A DNA stretch of 64,000 nucleotides, from the IMG/VR virus record IMGVR_UViG_3300045988_117710; one strand, given 5' to 3'. Both the position numbers and the translations under genes were made by a program. The stretch comes from a virus. Position 1 is the stretch's first letter, and each line of letters opens with the position of its first letter. This document shows, in pieces, positions 17,457 through 27,446 of the stretch. The notes under the pieces were generated by a model that did not search any database, was not told the DNA's origin, and saw nothing but the letters and a program-made list of their open reading frames with translations.

Positions 17457-20400
17457 ATGGCTTGGAATAGTACATACGAATCTAGAGCAGGTTTATTTAC
17501 ACTTACTTTTGTTTCACCTCAAGATTCAAAGAAGACTTTTGATTATACTTTCACTGCTGCTGTTTCTTTTACTCAAGAGAGAAATCTTACTGATACATTA
17601 AATAAGTTTTCATTAGATATTGTAGATGATGGTTCTGAAGATTTTCATGGACTTGAAAATATTATTTTAAGTGGTATCACTGGTATAAGAATGACTTATG
17701 GGGTAGGTACTGATAATCAGATTTCTTGGTCTGGTTTTGTGTATGACTATTCCTCTACTTTCTTTGGTCAGAAAGTTAAGTTAACTCTTATAGGTTATAT
17801 TACTTTAAGTCACAATAATTTAAATGATTATGCAGGTCATTATTATAGACTAGATTGGTCACCTATGATTCCATATCGTAATGATTATTCTAGAGAGTGG
17901 GATCTTTTCCAAACATCTGATTATGTATGGCAACGTGATGGTAATGATGTTGAAATAACTAAGATTACAAAAGAAGATTTTTTAGATTCTTATGAGGATG
18001 CTTATAATGATGCTATTAAATCTGAGGCCAAATATTTAAATGATCATGCTTTTAAATTAGATTTTGCTAGAAGTTCTGAAGATTTAGAGGGAGCTTTTAA
18101 AGCTTATATTGAATCCAATAAGAAAACAAATAAGCAAGTGTATTGGTCACTTCTTGGTTTATGGGAACCATATACTATGAAGTGGGTTGATGAGAGTGGG
18201 TATATTAATTCTTCTTGGAGAACTTATAGGGAATTACAAGAAGCAGAGAAGAGATATCAGTTATATGAATCTTTGTATAATTCTTATTTCAATCGTTATA
18301 AGAAAGGTAACTTTGCAGTTGATTTTGATATCACTAAGCTTAAGAATGCAGTGTTTTCACCATTCCCAAGTAATTTTAGTTCAGATAGACAGATTTTGAT
18401 TCCTGTTCCAGATTTATTTATTCAGTGGGATGGTATTTTACCAGAGGCAACTTATCAAGATAAGAAATGGAAGATTAATTATGATTCTCTTTTAGGTACT
18501 CTTAATGATGTTACTGCTTTTGGTTTAAAGTGTGAACTAGTACCTGGTACTTATAGTGATAGTGATGAAAATACTAAACCTAAGGTAGCTTTGAAGGGTG
18601 TTCAGGATCAGTATTTAAATACACGTATTCTTAAGATGAATAATGCTACTTTTATATGTGTTTCTGACGCTAAGGCATTGGCAGAATATAGATGGGGTAA
18701 GTTTTCTGGTGAAGCTGATTTCACTGAAGCTGTTTCTTCTTCATCTACTACTAATACTACAACTAAGGCAACTATGTCTGAAACTGCTAATAAAGTTTAT
18801 AATTATTTTCATGCTCGAGGTTGGTCAGATGCGGCAATTGCTGCTGTTTTAGGTAATGGTGAGTGTGAGAGTGGATTAGTTCCAAATAAATTACAAGGTG
18901 GTTCTCTTATTTCTTATGATGATGCTTATGCACTTTATCCTGAAGATAAGCAAACTGCACATGCTTGGGGTATTTGGCAATGGGATCCATTAATGAAGAT
19001 TCATCAAACTGTTGGTAGATCTTGGGCAACTCGTATTTCTGGAGATAGAAATTTAGTTGAAACTCAATGTGCAATCCTAGAATCTCAATTGAATACTGTT
19101 GGTTGGTCTAATGGAGATAACTATGCTTTAAGTGTAGCAGACTTTAAGACTTGTACTGATGTTCAAAAGACTTCTAGAGCATTTTTATGTAATTTTGAGA
19201 TTCCTGCAGGTTGGGATACAGCTGAGAAACAACAAGAAAGGGCAAAGGTTTGTTCAACTTATTTGAATGCTATTCAAGGGTTTGAAGCTTCAGAGAATGA
19301 GGCAAAGATAGCGGATAATACTGTAGTTCCTAAATCTTGGTATAGAACTTATTATAATTATTGTCTATCTGCTTATCGTTCTGCTTTACCATTACAATAT
19401 GGTGGAGTTTATATAAGTGATATTGTTGAGAAGTTATGTAAGATTGAAGGTTGGTCTTGTGAAGTAACTCCTACTGTATGGTCGAGTTATGAAGCAATTC
19501 AAGATTCTTTAATTATGGATGGTCGTAATGCTCTTGATTACATTGTTAATGTGTTAGCTCCTTTAGCAACTTCTGAAAATGGATATACAGGTTATGTTGT
19601 TAAGTTAGAGAATAGTCATTTAACTTTCCAACCTGCTGTTCCAGATAGATTAGGTACTCTTGAGATTAGAATGGGGTATAATATTCCTGATTCACCTGTT
19701 TTATCTTTTTCTTGTAAGACAAGAGGAACTTTTATAATGCATGGTGTAGCTGAAGAGGTTTCTACTGTTACCAATTATTCTAATGAGTCAGCAGTATTAC
19801 AAACTTATACTAAGGCAGAATCTTTTATTGAGAGTAAGTTTGCAAGTAAATCAACTACTCAAGGAAGTAATTGGTTTTCTAAAGGTTTATTCTCTTATTA
19901 TGGTTTCTTGAATAATCTAGAGGGTTATAATAGTTTCTTTACAACCTTTTATGGGGATGATTTTTACTATGGTGAGAATAATATAAATAAGAAAAAGAGT
20001 TTCTCATTCTCTGTTAATGATTTTCAAGGTAATAAAGTTAATGATTTTCAAGGTAATAAAGTTAATGCTTCCTTAAGTACTTCGTTAATTCGTTCTACTC
20101 CTTATTCATCTTTAGGTGATTTGAGTGGTGCTAAGGTTCTTAATGATTTATCTCGTTTCGAAGAGACTTCTATTAAGGCAGAGATTAATATTATCGGGGA
20201 TAATAGAATTATTCCTAACTCTTATATTGAGATTATTAATATGACAAGACGTGGTCGTCATTATACTTCTGGTGTTTATTGGATTAATAAAATAACTGAT
20301 AGTTTTAGTAAGGGTACTTGGACACAAAAGTTAGAATGTAATAGATATGATTCTAATGTAGATTTCTTTAATAGAACTACTGATTCTGTAATTAATCAGG

Positions 20401-20504
20401 TTGATTCTTCAATGAGTGAATTAATTGATGCAGTTATTAATAATAACATTACAGTAGAACAAGTAGACCAAAAACTTAAAGATTATCAAGAAGGTAAAGC
20501 GTAG
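17457..20504 (+). CDS. Baseplate hub / tail-associated lysin with an embedded phage tail lysozyme-like domain
   Basis: 1015 aa. Mid-region AAVLGNGECESGLVPN matches the GNxxxESG motif of phage tail lysozyme domains (recollection of Pfam Phage_lysozyme2). Location follows the tape measure protein. Confidence 0.55.
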   Translation: MAWNSTYESRAGLFTLTFVSPQDSKKTFDYTFTAAVSFTQERNLTDTLNKFSLDIVDDGSEDFHGLENIILSGITGIRMTYGVGTDNQISWSGFVYDYSSTFFGQKVKLTLIGYITLSHNNLNDYAGHYYRLDWSPMIPYRNDYSREWDLFQTSDYVWQRDGNDVEITKITKEDFLDSYEDAYNDAIKSEAKYLNDHAFKLDFARSSEDLEGAFKAYIESNKKTNKQVYWSLLGLWEPYTMKWVDESGYINSSWRTYRELQEAEKRYQLYESLYNSYFNRYKKGNFAVDFDITKLKNAVFSPFPSNFSSDRQILIPVPDLFIQWDGILPEATYQDKKWKINYDSLLGTLNDVTAFGLKCELVPGTYSDSDENTKPKVALKGVQDQYLNTRILKMNNATFICVSDAKALAEYRWGKFSGEADFTEAVSSSSTTNTTTKATMSETANKVYNYFHARGWSDAAIAAVLGNGECESGLVPNKLQGGSLISYDDAYALYPEDKQTAHAWGIWQWDPLMKIHQTVGRSWATRISGDRNLVETQCAILESQLNTVGWSNGDNYALSVADFKTCTDVQKTSRAFLCNFEIPAGWDTAEKQQERAKVCSTYLNAIQGFEASENEAKIADNTVVPKSWYRTYYNYCLSAYRSALPLQYGGVYISDIVEKLCKIEGWSCEVTPTVWSSYEAIQDSLIMDGRNALDYIVNVLAPLATSENGYTGYVVKLENSHLTFQPAVPDRLGTLEIRMGYNIPDSPVLSFSCKTRGTFIMHGVAEEVSTVTNYSNESAVLQTYTKAESFIESKFASKSTTQGSNWFSKGLFSYYGFLNNLEGYNSFFTTFYGDDFYYGENNINKKKSFSFSVNDFQGNKVNDFQGNKVNASLSTSLIRSTPYSSLGDLSGAKVLNDLSRFEETSIKAEINIIGDNRIIPNSYIEIINMTRRGRHYTSGVYWINKITDSFSKGTWTQKLECNRYDSNVDFFNRTTDSVINQVDSSMSELIDAVINNNITVEQVDQKLKDYQEGKA
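20013..20060 (+). repeat. Perfect 2 x 24-bp tandem duplication (gttaatgattttcaaggtaataaa) encoding VNDFQGNK twice
   Basis: Read directly in the sequence. Confidence 0.9.
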
Positions 20505-20514
20505 GAGGTATATT

Positions 20515-21561
20515 ATGTTTGGTGTTTCTAGTATTAATGGTCTTTCTCAAATTGAGAATGAAGAATTTAAGAAATTAATCAATTATAATGGTTTCTATCG
20601 TGGGTTTGTAGTTTCTACAGATGATCCTAAACATTTAGGTAGAGTTAAGGTCAGAATTCCTGCTATTCATGGTTCTGATCCTTCTCTAGAAACTTATATG
20701 GCTGATAATACTTTACCATGGGCTCAACCTGGTGCTTTTAATCTAGCTGGTCCTGGTATGGGACAATTGATTTTACCTTATGTTGGTTCAGCTGTTTGGG
20801 TTACTTTTGAAGTAGATCAACCTAATTGTCCTATTTACTTTGGTAATCTTTATAGTACTAAACCTATGGGTGAGAAGTTTATCCAAGGTTCTCGTCATGT
20901 TTATCAAGGAACTCAATTACAATGTAAGGAAGATGATTTAGGTATGTATGATTCTGCTGTATATAATCTTCTTACAACTCTTAAGGGAGCATCAATTACT
21001 ATTGATGATTCTGATATGAGAGAAAAGATTGAGTTTAAAGATGCTTTTGGTCAGTATATTCGATTTACTAATTTAGGAGAATTGCTTTATTATGGAAGAA
21101 CTCCTAATAAAGATAATTGTGAGATTGAGATTGCAAGTGGCAATTCTAGTTTAGTTGTAAAGAATAGTGGAATACAATTGAAAGGTAAATTACCTTATCA
21201 GACTTATTATTTTGTTGATGTTTCAAAGGTTTCTGATGATTTGTTATTTGTAGTATCTAAAGATTCTTTATTTACTGATAAGAATTTAACAACTGTTTCT
21301 GATTCTATTCTTAATGGTGCTAGAATAGTATATATTAATTCAGATAGAGATATTGTAGGATTTGGTGTTATTACTAATATTACTTCAGAAGGAGTTTTCA
21401 TTAGTAATGGTATAGTTCTAGATTCTATTATATCTAGAAATCCATATCCTGTTGGTTCTTATTACTATTGTTCAGCAGATGTGGACCCTAACAAAGAATT
21501 TGGTGGTGTTTGGGAGAAAACTAATTCTACTGAACCTATTTGTTGGAAGAGAGTTTCATAG
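20515..21561 (+). CDS. Baseplate spike/assembly protein, gpV/gp5 OB-fold family
   Basis: GRVKVRIPAIHG ... LPWAQP ... PYVGSAVWVTFEVDQPNCPIYFG fits the phage baseplate assembly protein V / gp5 N-terminal pattern. Confidence 0.65.
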   Translation: MFGVSSINGLSQIENEEFKKLINYNGFYRGFVVSTDDPKHLGRVKVRIPAIHGSDPSLETYMADNTLPWAQPGAFNLAGPGMGQLILPYVGSAVWVTFEVDQPNCPIYFGNLYSTKPMGEKFIQGSRHVYQGTQLQCKEDDLGMYDSAVYNLLTTLKGASITIDDSDMREKIEFKDAFGQYIRFTNLGELLYYGRTPNKDNCEIEIASGNSSLVVKNSGIQLKGKLPYQTYYFVDVSKVSDDLLFVVSKDSLFTDKNLTTVSDSILNGARIVYINSDRDIVGFGVITNITSEGVFISNGIVLDSIISRNPYPVGSYYYCSADVDPNKEFGGVWEKTNSTEPICWKRVS

Positions 21562-21569
21562 GAGGTTAT

Positions 21570-21941
21570 ATGAATACAGATATTCTTTCTATGTGGTATA
21601 CTTGGTATGATGTTAAGGTTAAGTCTGTTACTGTTCCTTCAGTTTCTTTAAATGATTCTAGTAGATATAGAAAGATTGCTACAATACATTCTAGTAGAGG
21701 TAGTCATCTTAAGTTTATGAGAAAGGGTTTCTATAACTTTAGTGATAGTGAGGTTACTTATTACATTACTAAGGCCACAGAGTTCAGACCTGATATTGTT
21801 TCAGTTGAGATGTATGGTGATCCAAGATATGCTTGGGCAATTCTTTGTGCCAATGGTATGAAGTCTTTCTTCGAGTTTACTTGTGATCAGTATATTATGG
21901 TTCCTACTCTTTCTGATGTTACTAGAGAGTTAGGAGTGTAG
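21570..21941 (+). CDS. Hypothetical baseplate-module protein
   Basis: AGGAGG RBS before ATG 21570. Confidence 0.45.
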   Translation: MNTDILSMWYTWYDVKVKSVTVPSVSLNDSSRYRKIATIHSSRGSHLKFMRKGFYNFSDSEVTYYITKATEFRPDIVSVEMYGDPRYAWAILCANGMKSFFEFTCDQYIMVPTLSDVTRELGV

Positions 21942-21944
21942 TGT

Positions 21945-22328
21945 ATGAATATTCAAGTTTTAGGTGGTTTAGCTTCACCGAAGTTTATAGATGATAATGG
22001 TAAGACTATTGTAACACATCAAGTTGCGAAGTTGGTAGAGGATTTGAAATTATATTTATCAACTCCTGTTGGTACTTTATTTGGTAGACCTGATTATGGT
22101 ACTAATCTTCAGAACTTTTTGTTTCAACCAACTACTGAAGAAACTGGTCATGAGATTAGAGAAGATATAAGTCGTGCTTTAAGAGTTAGTTATCCTAATA
22201 TATCTTTTGCTAAAGTTGATGTGAAGTTCATTCCAGATGGTATAAACCTTAATATATCGTATTACATTAATAATGAATCTTATTTAATAGATTTAAGTTT
22301 TGATATACTTAAGGAAAGGAGTAAATAA
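21945..22328 (+). CDS. Baseplate wedge protein, gp25/GPW family
   Basis: LSTPVGTLFGRPDYGTNLQNFLFQP fits the conserved GPW_gp25 core. Confidence 0.7.
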   Translation: MNIQVLGGLASPKFIDDNGKTIVTHQVAKLVEDLKLYLSTPVGTLFGRPDYGTNLQNFLFQPTTEETGHEIREDISRALRVSYPNISFAKVDVKFIPDGINLNISYYINNESYLIDLSFDILKERSK

Positions 22329-24355
22329 TGATTGATAGTACTGCAAGAGATTATGAAAAGATTTTTGAAGAGTTAAAGCGTTTAGCAAAAGAGTATTCAG
22401 CAGGTCGTTGGACTGATTTCACTGATGGTGATTTTGGTACTGTTATTATTCACTTACTTTCTTATGTTGGTGATTTATTATCGAATCAGATAGATACTAC
22501 TGCTAATGAGTTGTTCTTGTTTACTGCAGAAGAACGTACAAGTTTAATGGAGATTGCAAAGCTTGTTGGTTATGAACCTAGACATTTTATGTCTGCTTTG
22601 GCAACTATTAAGTTTACAGCTTCTGAAGATATCACAATTCCTAGATGGGCAACTTGGAAAGGTGCAGGATTTGAATTTCATAATATTAAACCACAAAGTT
22701 TCTTAAAGGGTGAAAATACTATTTATGTTTATGAGGGTACTCTTACTACACGTACTTTTACTTATAATGATATAGATGAGAATGGGTGTATTAATCTTCA
22801 AGATTATTATGTAGCATTTAATACAGTTCATTTAGATTTAACTAATGGTACTTTATCTGGTGAAGTACCACAAGTGGAAGATGCTAGATTTAATACTGGT
22901 GATAGTTTTACTTTCTCTTGTCATTTAGGTTTAGATGGTTTTGTTTATATTCAACTTCCATCATTCTGGCAAGATACATTAAGTCAATCATCTAAATTGG
23001 TTTTCTCTTATTTAAGATGTCATGGTGAGTCTGGTAATATTGAGAATAATATTATTACTACTTTAGATCATAGTGTAGGTAATTATATCACTATTGATGA
23101 ACAGCTTCCAGCTATTGGTGGTTTATCACCAGAGACTGTTTCTGAAATGAAACTTAATACTATGGTGTTTGCAAGAACAATGCATACAATTGTTACGAAG
23201 AAGGATTTTGAAGATTTATCTAGATTTGTTCCTTCAGTAGCTACTTTAAGAGCATTAGATTATTTAGATAAAGAGTCTGGTTATGTTCAACCAAGTCCTC
23301 CTAATGGATATCCTAATGATGCTTATAAGACTAAGTTAGTTGTAGTTCCTGCTAATGCAAATGAGAGTTCTATTTGGTATACAGATTCTGCTACTGGTGA
23401 GAAAGAGTTAACTGAAGTTGGTGTAGCTCTTAAAGAGTTTGTTGATGATAAGAGATTAGCAACTCTTTACATTGAGTATGAAGATCCTACTTATATAGTT
23501 CCAGATATTATTCTTTATCTTTATATGGATGATTTTGCAATTCGTAAGAATGCTATTTCATCTGCTGTAGTTGATTTTATTAAAACTACTTTTGGTAGAT
23601 ATGAAACTAAGATTGGTCAATCAATTCGTGGTTCTGTTATTGGTAAACAAATACTTAATTACTTTGAAGATATTGATTATGTTAACATAGATACTACTAT
23701 TGTTGGTGAACAAGAAGGTGAGGAAGAAGGATTTGAGTTTGATATTAAAGCTGGTCCTTTAGAATTCATTGATATGGCAAATGCTAAATATACAGTATAT
23801 GTTAATGATACACTTCAATATGTTCCAGATGGTAACTCTATTGTTAGGTTAGGTTTAGCCGAAAGTACAAATCTTAATTTAAATTCTCAATATAACTTCT
23901 TGCAATTTTATGTAACTAAAGAAGATTATGAGAAGAATAAGAGTTTAGTAGCATCTGGAGTTAAACCTTTATGGGAAGAAGATGGTCGTAAGTTAGTTCT
24001 TACAATTCCTAATGATATGATGGTTTCTGTTAATAATTCTAGTGCTGTATTCTATCAAGGTTTATGGGATATTGAAACATCTTATGGTCAAGATGATTAT
24101 GTTGTTTACTTTGGTGATGAAGAATTAGTATTTAGTGGTATGTATAATTCAGCTGTTTCTTATGGTAAGAAGAATTATGTATTCAATGATGGATACTATT
24201 ATGAATCATTAATAGATGAGAATAATAAAGCGTTGACAGATGGCTCTGCTTGGAGTAAGATGAGTTGTTACTATCGTTCAACTTCTGATTATAATAAAGA
24301 GAATGTTCCAAGTATTTCAGATAATTGGGTAACATTTGACCCATATACAGAGTAA
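22328..24355 (+). CDS. Baseplate J-like protein (gp6/gpJ family)
   Basis: N-terminal FTDGDFGTVIIHLLSYVGDLLSNQIDTTANELFLFTAEERTSLMEIAKLVGYEPR has a J-like character; the size and the position after the gp25-like gene fit. Confidence 0.55.
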   Translation: MIDSTARDYEKIFEELKRLAKEYSAGRWTDFTDGDFGTVIIHLLSYVGDLLSNQIDTTANELFLFTAEERTSLMEIAKLVGYEPRHFMSALATIKFTASEDITIPRWATWKGAGFEFHNIKPQSFLKGENTIYVYEGTLTTRTFTYNDIDENGCINLQDYYVAFNTVHLDLTNGTLSGEVPQVEDARFNTGDSFTFSCHLGLDGFVYIQLPSFWQDTLSQSSKLVFSYLRCHGESGNIENNIITTLDHSVGNYITIDEQLPAIGGLSPETVSEMKLNTMVFARTMHTIVTKKDFEDLSRFVPSVATLRALDYLDKESGYVQPSPPNGYPNDAYKTKLVVVPANANESSIWYTDSATGEKELTEVGVALKEFVDDKRLATLYIEYEDPTYIVPDIILYLYMDDFAIRKNAISSAVVDFIKTTFGRYETKIGQSIRGSVIGKQILNYFEDIDYVNIDTTIVGEQEGEEEGFEFDIKAGPLEFIDMANAKYTVYVNDTLQYVPDGNSIVRLGLAESTNLNLNSQYNFLQFYVTKEDYEKNKSLVASGVKPLWEEDGRKLVLTIPNDMMVSVNNSSAVFYQGLWDIETSYGQDDYVVYFGDEELVFSGMYNSAVSYGKKNYVFNDGYYYESLIDENNKALTDGSAWSKMSCYYRSTSDYNKENVPSISDNWVTFDPYTE

Positions 24356-24367
24356 TAGGAGTTGATT

Positions 24368-24958
24368 ATGAAGGCGATTAATAGATTGTTAGAAGCTACT
24401 AATTTTAAGAAATACAGAAAGTATATTGAAAGAGATTTATTACCAGCTATTGAGAGATATTTAGGATTTAAGTTAAGTCCTGTTATTGGTTCTGATTCTT
24501 CTTATGGTCGTGCTTATAAAGCAGTTACTAGTCTAGATGGTAAGTATCTTAATTTCGTTTTAAACTTTACTACTAATGATATTGGTATTAAGGATGATAA
24601 AGCATTGGTAGCTGATTTAATTGTTAATGGTAGAAGTTATCCTTCTTATATTACTTGTACTAGTGTAGAGGATGATATAGATTCTTGTGCAGTTGCTTTT
24701 GAGAAAGCAAGTAGAGATTTTGATGTTGATCTTGCATTAGATGATTATAAGTTAGAAGAGTCTGATGGGTTAGATATTGCAGGTAAAGCAATTGATGAAT
24801 TCAATGATTCTGAAAAGACTTTAGATGATTATAATAAGGTTCTTAATATTATTTCTAAGTTAGAATGGTATAATAAGATAAGTCGTTCACAGTATGATGA
24901 ATATCTTGAACGAGTTAAGAAGATTCTAGCAAGTAGAGATGTTAAGGTTGAGAAGTAA
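24368..24958 (+). CDS. Hypothetical protein (last gene of the baseplate block)
   Basis: AGGAG RBS; followed by a strong terminator. Confidence 0.45.
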   Translation: MKAINRLLEATNFKKYRKYIERDLLPAIERYLGFKLSPVIGSDSSYGRAYKAVTSLDGKYLNFVLNFTTNDIGIKDDKALVADLIVNGRSYPSYITCTSVEDDIDSCAVAFEKASRDFDVDLALDDYKLEESDGLDIAGKAIDEFNDSEKTLDDYNKVLNIISKLEWYNKISRSQYDEYLERVKKILASRDVKVEK

Positions 24959-24982
24959 CAGTTTAGAAACTGTTACTTTTTT
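24955..24982 (+). terminator. Intrinsic terminator (gtaacagtttagaaactgttac plus TTTTTT) fused to the promoter motif
   Basis: 8-bp stem then a T-run. Confidence 0.7.
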
Positions 24983-24990
24983 CGTATAAT
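24982..24990 (+). promoter_or_regulatory. TCGTATAAT promoter motif (first of a tandem pair)
   Basis: Recurring motif. Confidence 0.5.
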
Positions 24991-25014
24991 ATTCTAGGAA
25001 TCATCGAGTTGATG

Positions 25015-25023
25015 TCGTATAAT
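25015..25023 (+). promoter_or_regulatory. TCGTATAAT promoter motif (second of the pair)
   Basis: Recurring motif, 33 nt after the first copy. Confidence 0.45.
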
Positions 25024-25041
25024 TGATTGAGAGGTGATATT

Positions 25042-25542
25042 ATGGAAGCTTCTACAGAGACTAAGCAATTGTATAATTATTTACAACCTTTGGGGTTGAG
25101 TAATATGAATAGAGCTTTGCTTGCGAAGTTAAATTTTGATAAGTTTGATTTAGATACAGATTTAGTATTTTGTTGCAAAAGAAGTTGTGCTAATGAAGTT
25201 TTCTTAAAGTTATTATTTGCTTTGAAGACAAGTGATTCTTATAAGGTTATTCCTTTATCAAGATTGTGTGCAATTAATGATGCCTATAAGACAGGTTATG
25301 TTGATCCTGATTATGGAGCATTGGCAGGTATTACTGATACTAAGATTTTGTTTATTACTTCTGGAGGGTTTGAAGTTCCTAGTTATGTTGGTAACATTTT
25401 AGATGTTTTGATTCAGACTCGTAGACCTGCTGGGTTAAAGACTTTTGTATTCCATCTAGGAGATAAGACTGAGTTCTTATCATACAAGAGTACTTCTTTA
25501 ACTAGATTACATTCATTGAGTGTTGGAGGTAGTAAGGTATGA
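25042..25542 (+). CDS. Hypothetical protein
   Basis: GAGAGGTG RBS. Confidence 0.45.
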   Translation: MEASTETKQLYNYLQPLGLSNMNRALLAKLNFDKFDLDTDLVFCCKRSCANEVFLKLLFALKTSDSYKVIPLSRLCAINDAYKTGYVDPDYGALAGITDTKILFITSGGFEVPSYVGNILDVLIQTRRPAGLKTFVFHLGDKTEFLSYKSTSLTRLHSLSVGGSKV

Positions 25543-27056
25543 CGAATAAGGGTAAAGAGAGTCAAGTTGTTGCTAGAAAGTATGAGTTCAAGGATATCTT
25601 TGTTAACTTATTTGATAGTGATGAGACTCGAATTAATGATTTTATAGGAGCATTAGAATCTAATGAAGTTCTGTATTGGAATGAAGTAGCTGCTTTGAAT
25701 GGTTTCAAGCAATTACTAAAGGATTCTGGTGGAATTCCTACTATTGATTTATTTATGACAACTTTTCCAGATTCTAGTGCTGAGTGTGATTCTAGTTTTA
25801 AGACTAATGATTTGTTAGGTACTATTCGATTATTCATTAGACAAAGAAAGAATATTTTAGCTGCTAATGCTTTAAGTTCATGTGTTAGTGTTGTCATGAG
25901 GGATGGAGTTACACCAGAGATTAGTGATGAGATTAGTAATATTCTTAAATCTGATGTTGTTGAAATTAAGTATGAAAATATCATAGACAGGATTGAAGAA
26001 AGATATGAAATGTCTGTTGAGAATTCTGGCATCAAGACAGGTATTGAACAAGTAGACCAAGTTATTGGTGGTCTTAAAGCTGGTCAAGTGTCAGTTGTAG
26101 CAGGATTCACAGGAATGGGTAAATCTATTTGTTCTGTTAGTATTATGCATGCGGCTGTTGAACAAGGATATAATGTTTGTTATATTTCTCTTGAACTTAG
26201 TGCTGACCATTTAATGTATAATATGATTTCGAGACATTCTCTTGAGACTAAGTTCTCAAAGAAGATTGAGCACAGACATCTTAAATCAAAGACTTTAAGT
26301 AGAACTGATTGGGATTATGTTAAGTCTGATATTCTACCTGATTTGAGAAATATGCCTGGTAAGTTCTATATCCTAGATGAACAAGATATTGAAGGTTATA
26401 ATTATTATTCCTTTGATAATAAGTTACAAGAGATTGAGAATTTATGTTTTAAGGAAACTGGTAAAGGTCTTGATTTAATAATTGTTGACCACATTCAGAT
26501 GTTAGCTTTCTCTGATCAGGGTTCTAAACTTTCAGAGAATACTGTTATTAATAGATGGTGTAACTATTTCAGAAGTCAGTGTCTAGACTTTCTGAAATCA
26601 AAGAGACAGATTCATGTTATTCTGGTTGCTCAGATTAACCGTCAAGGTTATTTGAAAGCTGCAAGAAATAATGGGATGTATGATATGACTGCTCTTAAGG
26701 AAGCAAATGAAATTGAAACTTGTGCATCTGTTATATTGGGTATTTATTCTGATACTTCTCTGATTACTTCTAATCAGACTAAGGTTGGTATTCTGAAGAA
26801 CAGGGATGGTAGTCGTGTTGGAGATGCATATCAAGTACCTGCTAACTATCCATATCAATTAATTGGTGGTGTTGGTTCTACTATTAAGACGGTTATGGCA
26901 AATGCAACTAGTGATACTCTTAATAATATGTTTGATACTATTGATGCATTTGGTGGAGAGGAAGCTTTCCAAGAAAGTGGTGGCTTTATGCCAGTTGAAC
27001 AAGAAGATGTTGATTTCGTTGCTGATGATGGTTTTGGAATCAATGGTTTAATATAG
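25539..27056 (+). CDS. DnaB-family replicative DNA helicase
   Basis: Walker A GFTGMGKS, LIIVDHIQML (H4-like), RecA-like C-terminal domain; start overlaps the upstream stop (ATGA). Confidence 0.8.
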   Translation: MTNKGKESQVVARKYEFKDIFVNLFDSDETRINDFIGALESNEVLYWNEVAALNGFKQLLKDSGGIPTIDLFMTTFPDSSAECDSSFKTNDLLGTIRLFIRQRKNILAANALSSCVSVVMRDGVTPEISDEISNILKSDVVEIKYENIIDRIEERYEMSVENSGIKTGIEQVDQVIGGLKAGQVSVVAGFTGMGKSICSVSIMHAAVEQGYNVCYISLELSADHLMYNMISRHSLETKFSKKIEHRHLKSKTLSRTDWDYVKSDILPDLRNMPGKFYILDEQDIEGYNYYSFDNKLQEIENLCFKETGKGLDLIIVDHIQMLAFSDQGSKLSENTVINRWCNYFRSQCLDFLKSKRQIHVILVAQINRQGYLKAARNNGMYDMTALKEANEIETCASVILGIYSDTSLITSNQTKVGILKNRDGSRVGDAYQVPANYPYQLIGGVGSTIKTVMANATSDTLNNMFDTIDAFGGEEAFQESGGFMPVEQEDVDFVADDGFGINGLI

Positions 27057-27068
27057 AAGGAGGATTTT

Positions 27069-27446
27069 ATGGAATTAGAAAATAAGAATGGAGTTAAATT
27101 TAATTTAACTGAAGAAGAGTTTCTAGATGTTAGTGCTGCTGGATTACTTTTGGAACAAAGTTTTGTTGATTTTGAAGGAGAACCTAAAGACTTCATAGAA
27201 TTAGCAAAGCTTCAAGTTCCACAACCAATGTTTTTAGATAGAACTGAGGAATCTTTATTACTTGGTAATTCTATCTTTATTGGTATTTGCACTTATGGTA
27301 AGGATTTTATAGACAAGATGCTTAAGGTTGATGATCCAACTACTGTAGTATTTAGTTTATTTAATTATTCTTTACAAATGATTGATTCTTTGACTAAAGA
27401 TTCGTATAACAATGTAGAAAGTGAGGATGATAGTCATGTTCAATAA
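27069..27446 (+). CDS. Hypothetical protein
   Basis: GAAGGAGG RBS; contains an internal TTCGTATAAC motif at 27401-27410 ahead of the next gene. Confidence 0.45.
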   Translation: MELENKNGVKFNLTEEEFLDVSAAGLLLEQSFVDFEGEPKDFIELAKLQVPQPMFLDRTEESLLLGNSIFIGICTYGKDFIDKMLKVDDPTTVVFSLFNYSLQMIDSLTKDSYNNVESEDDSHVQ

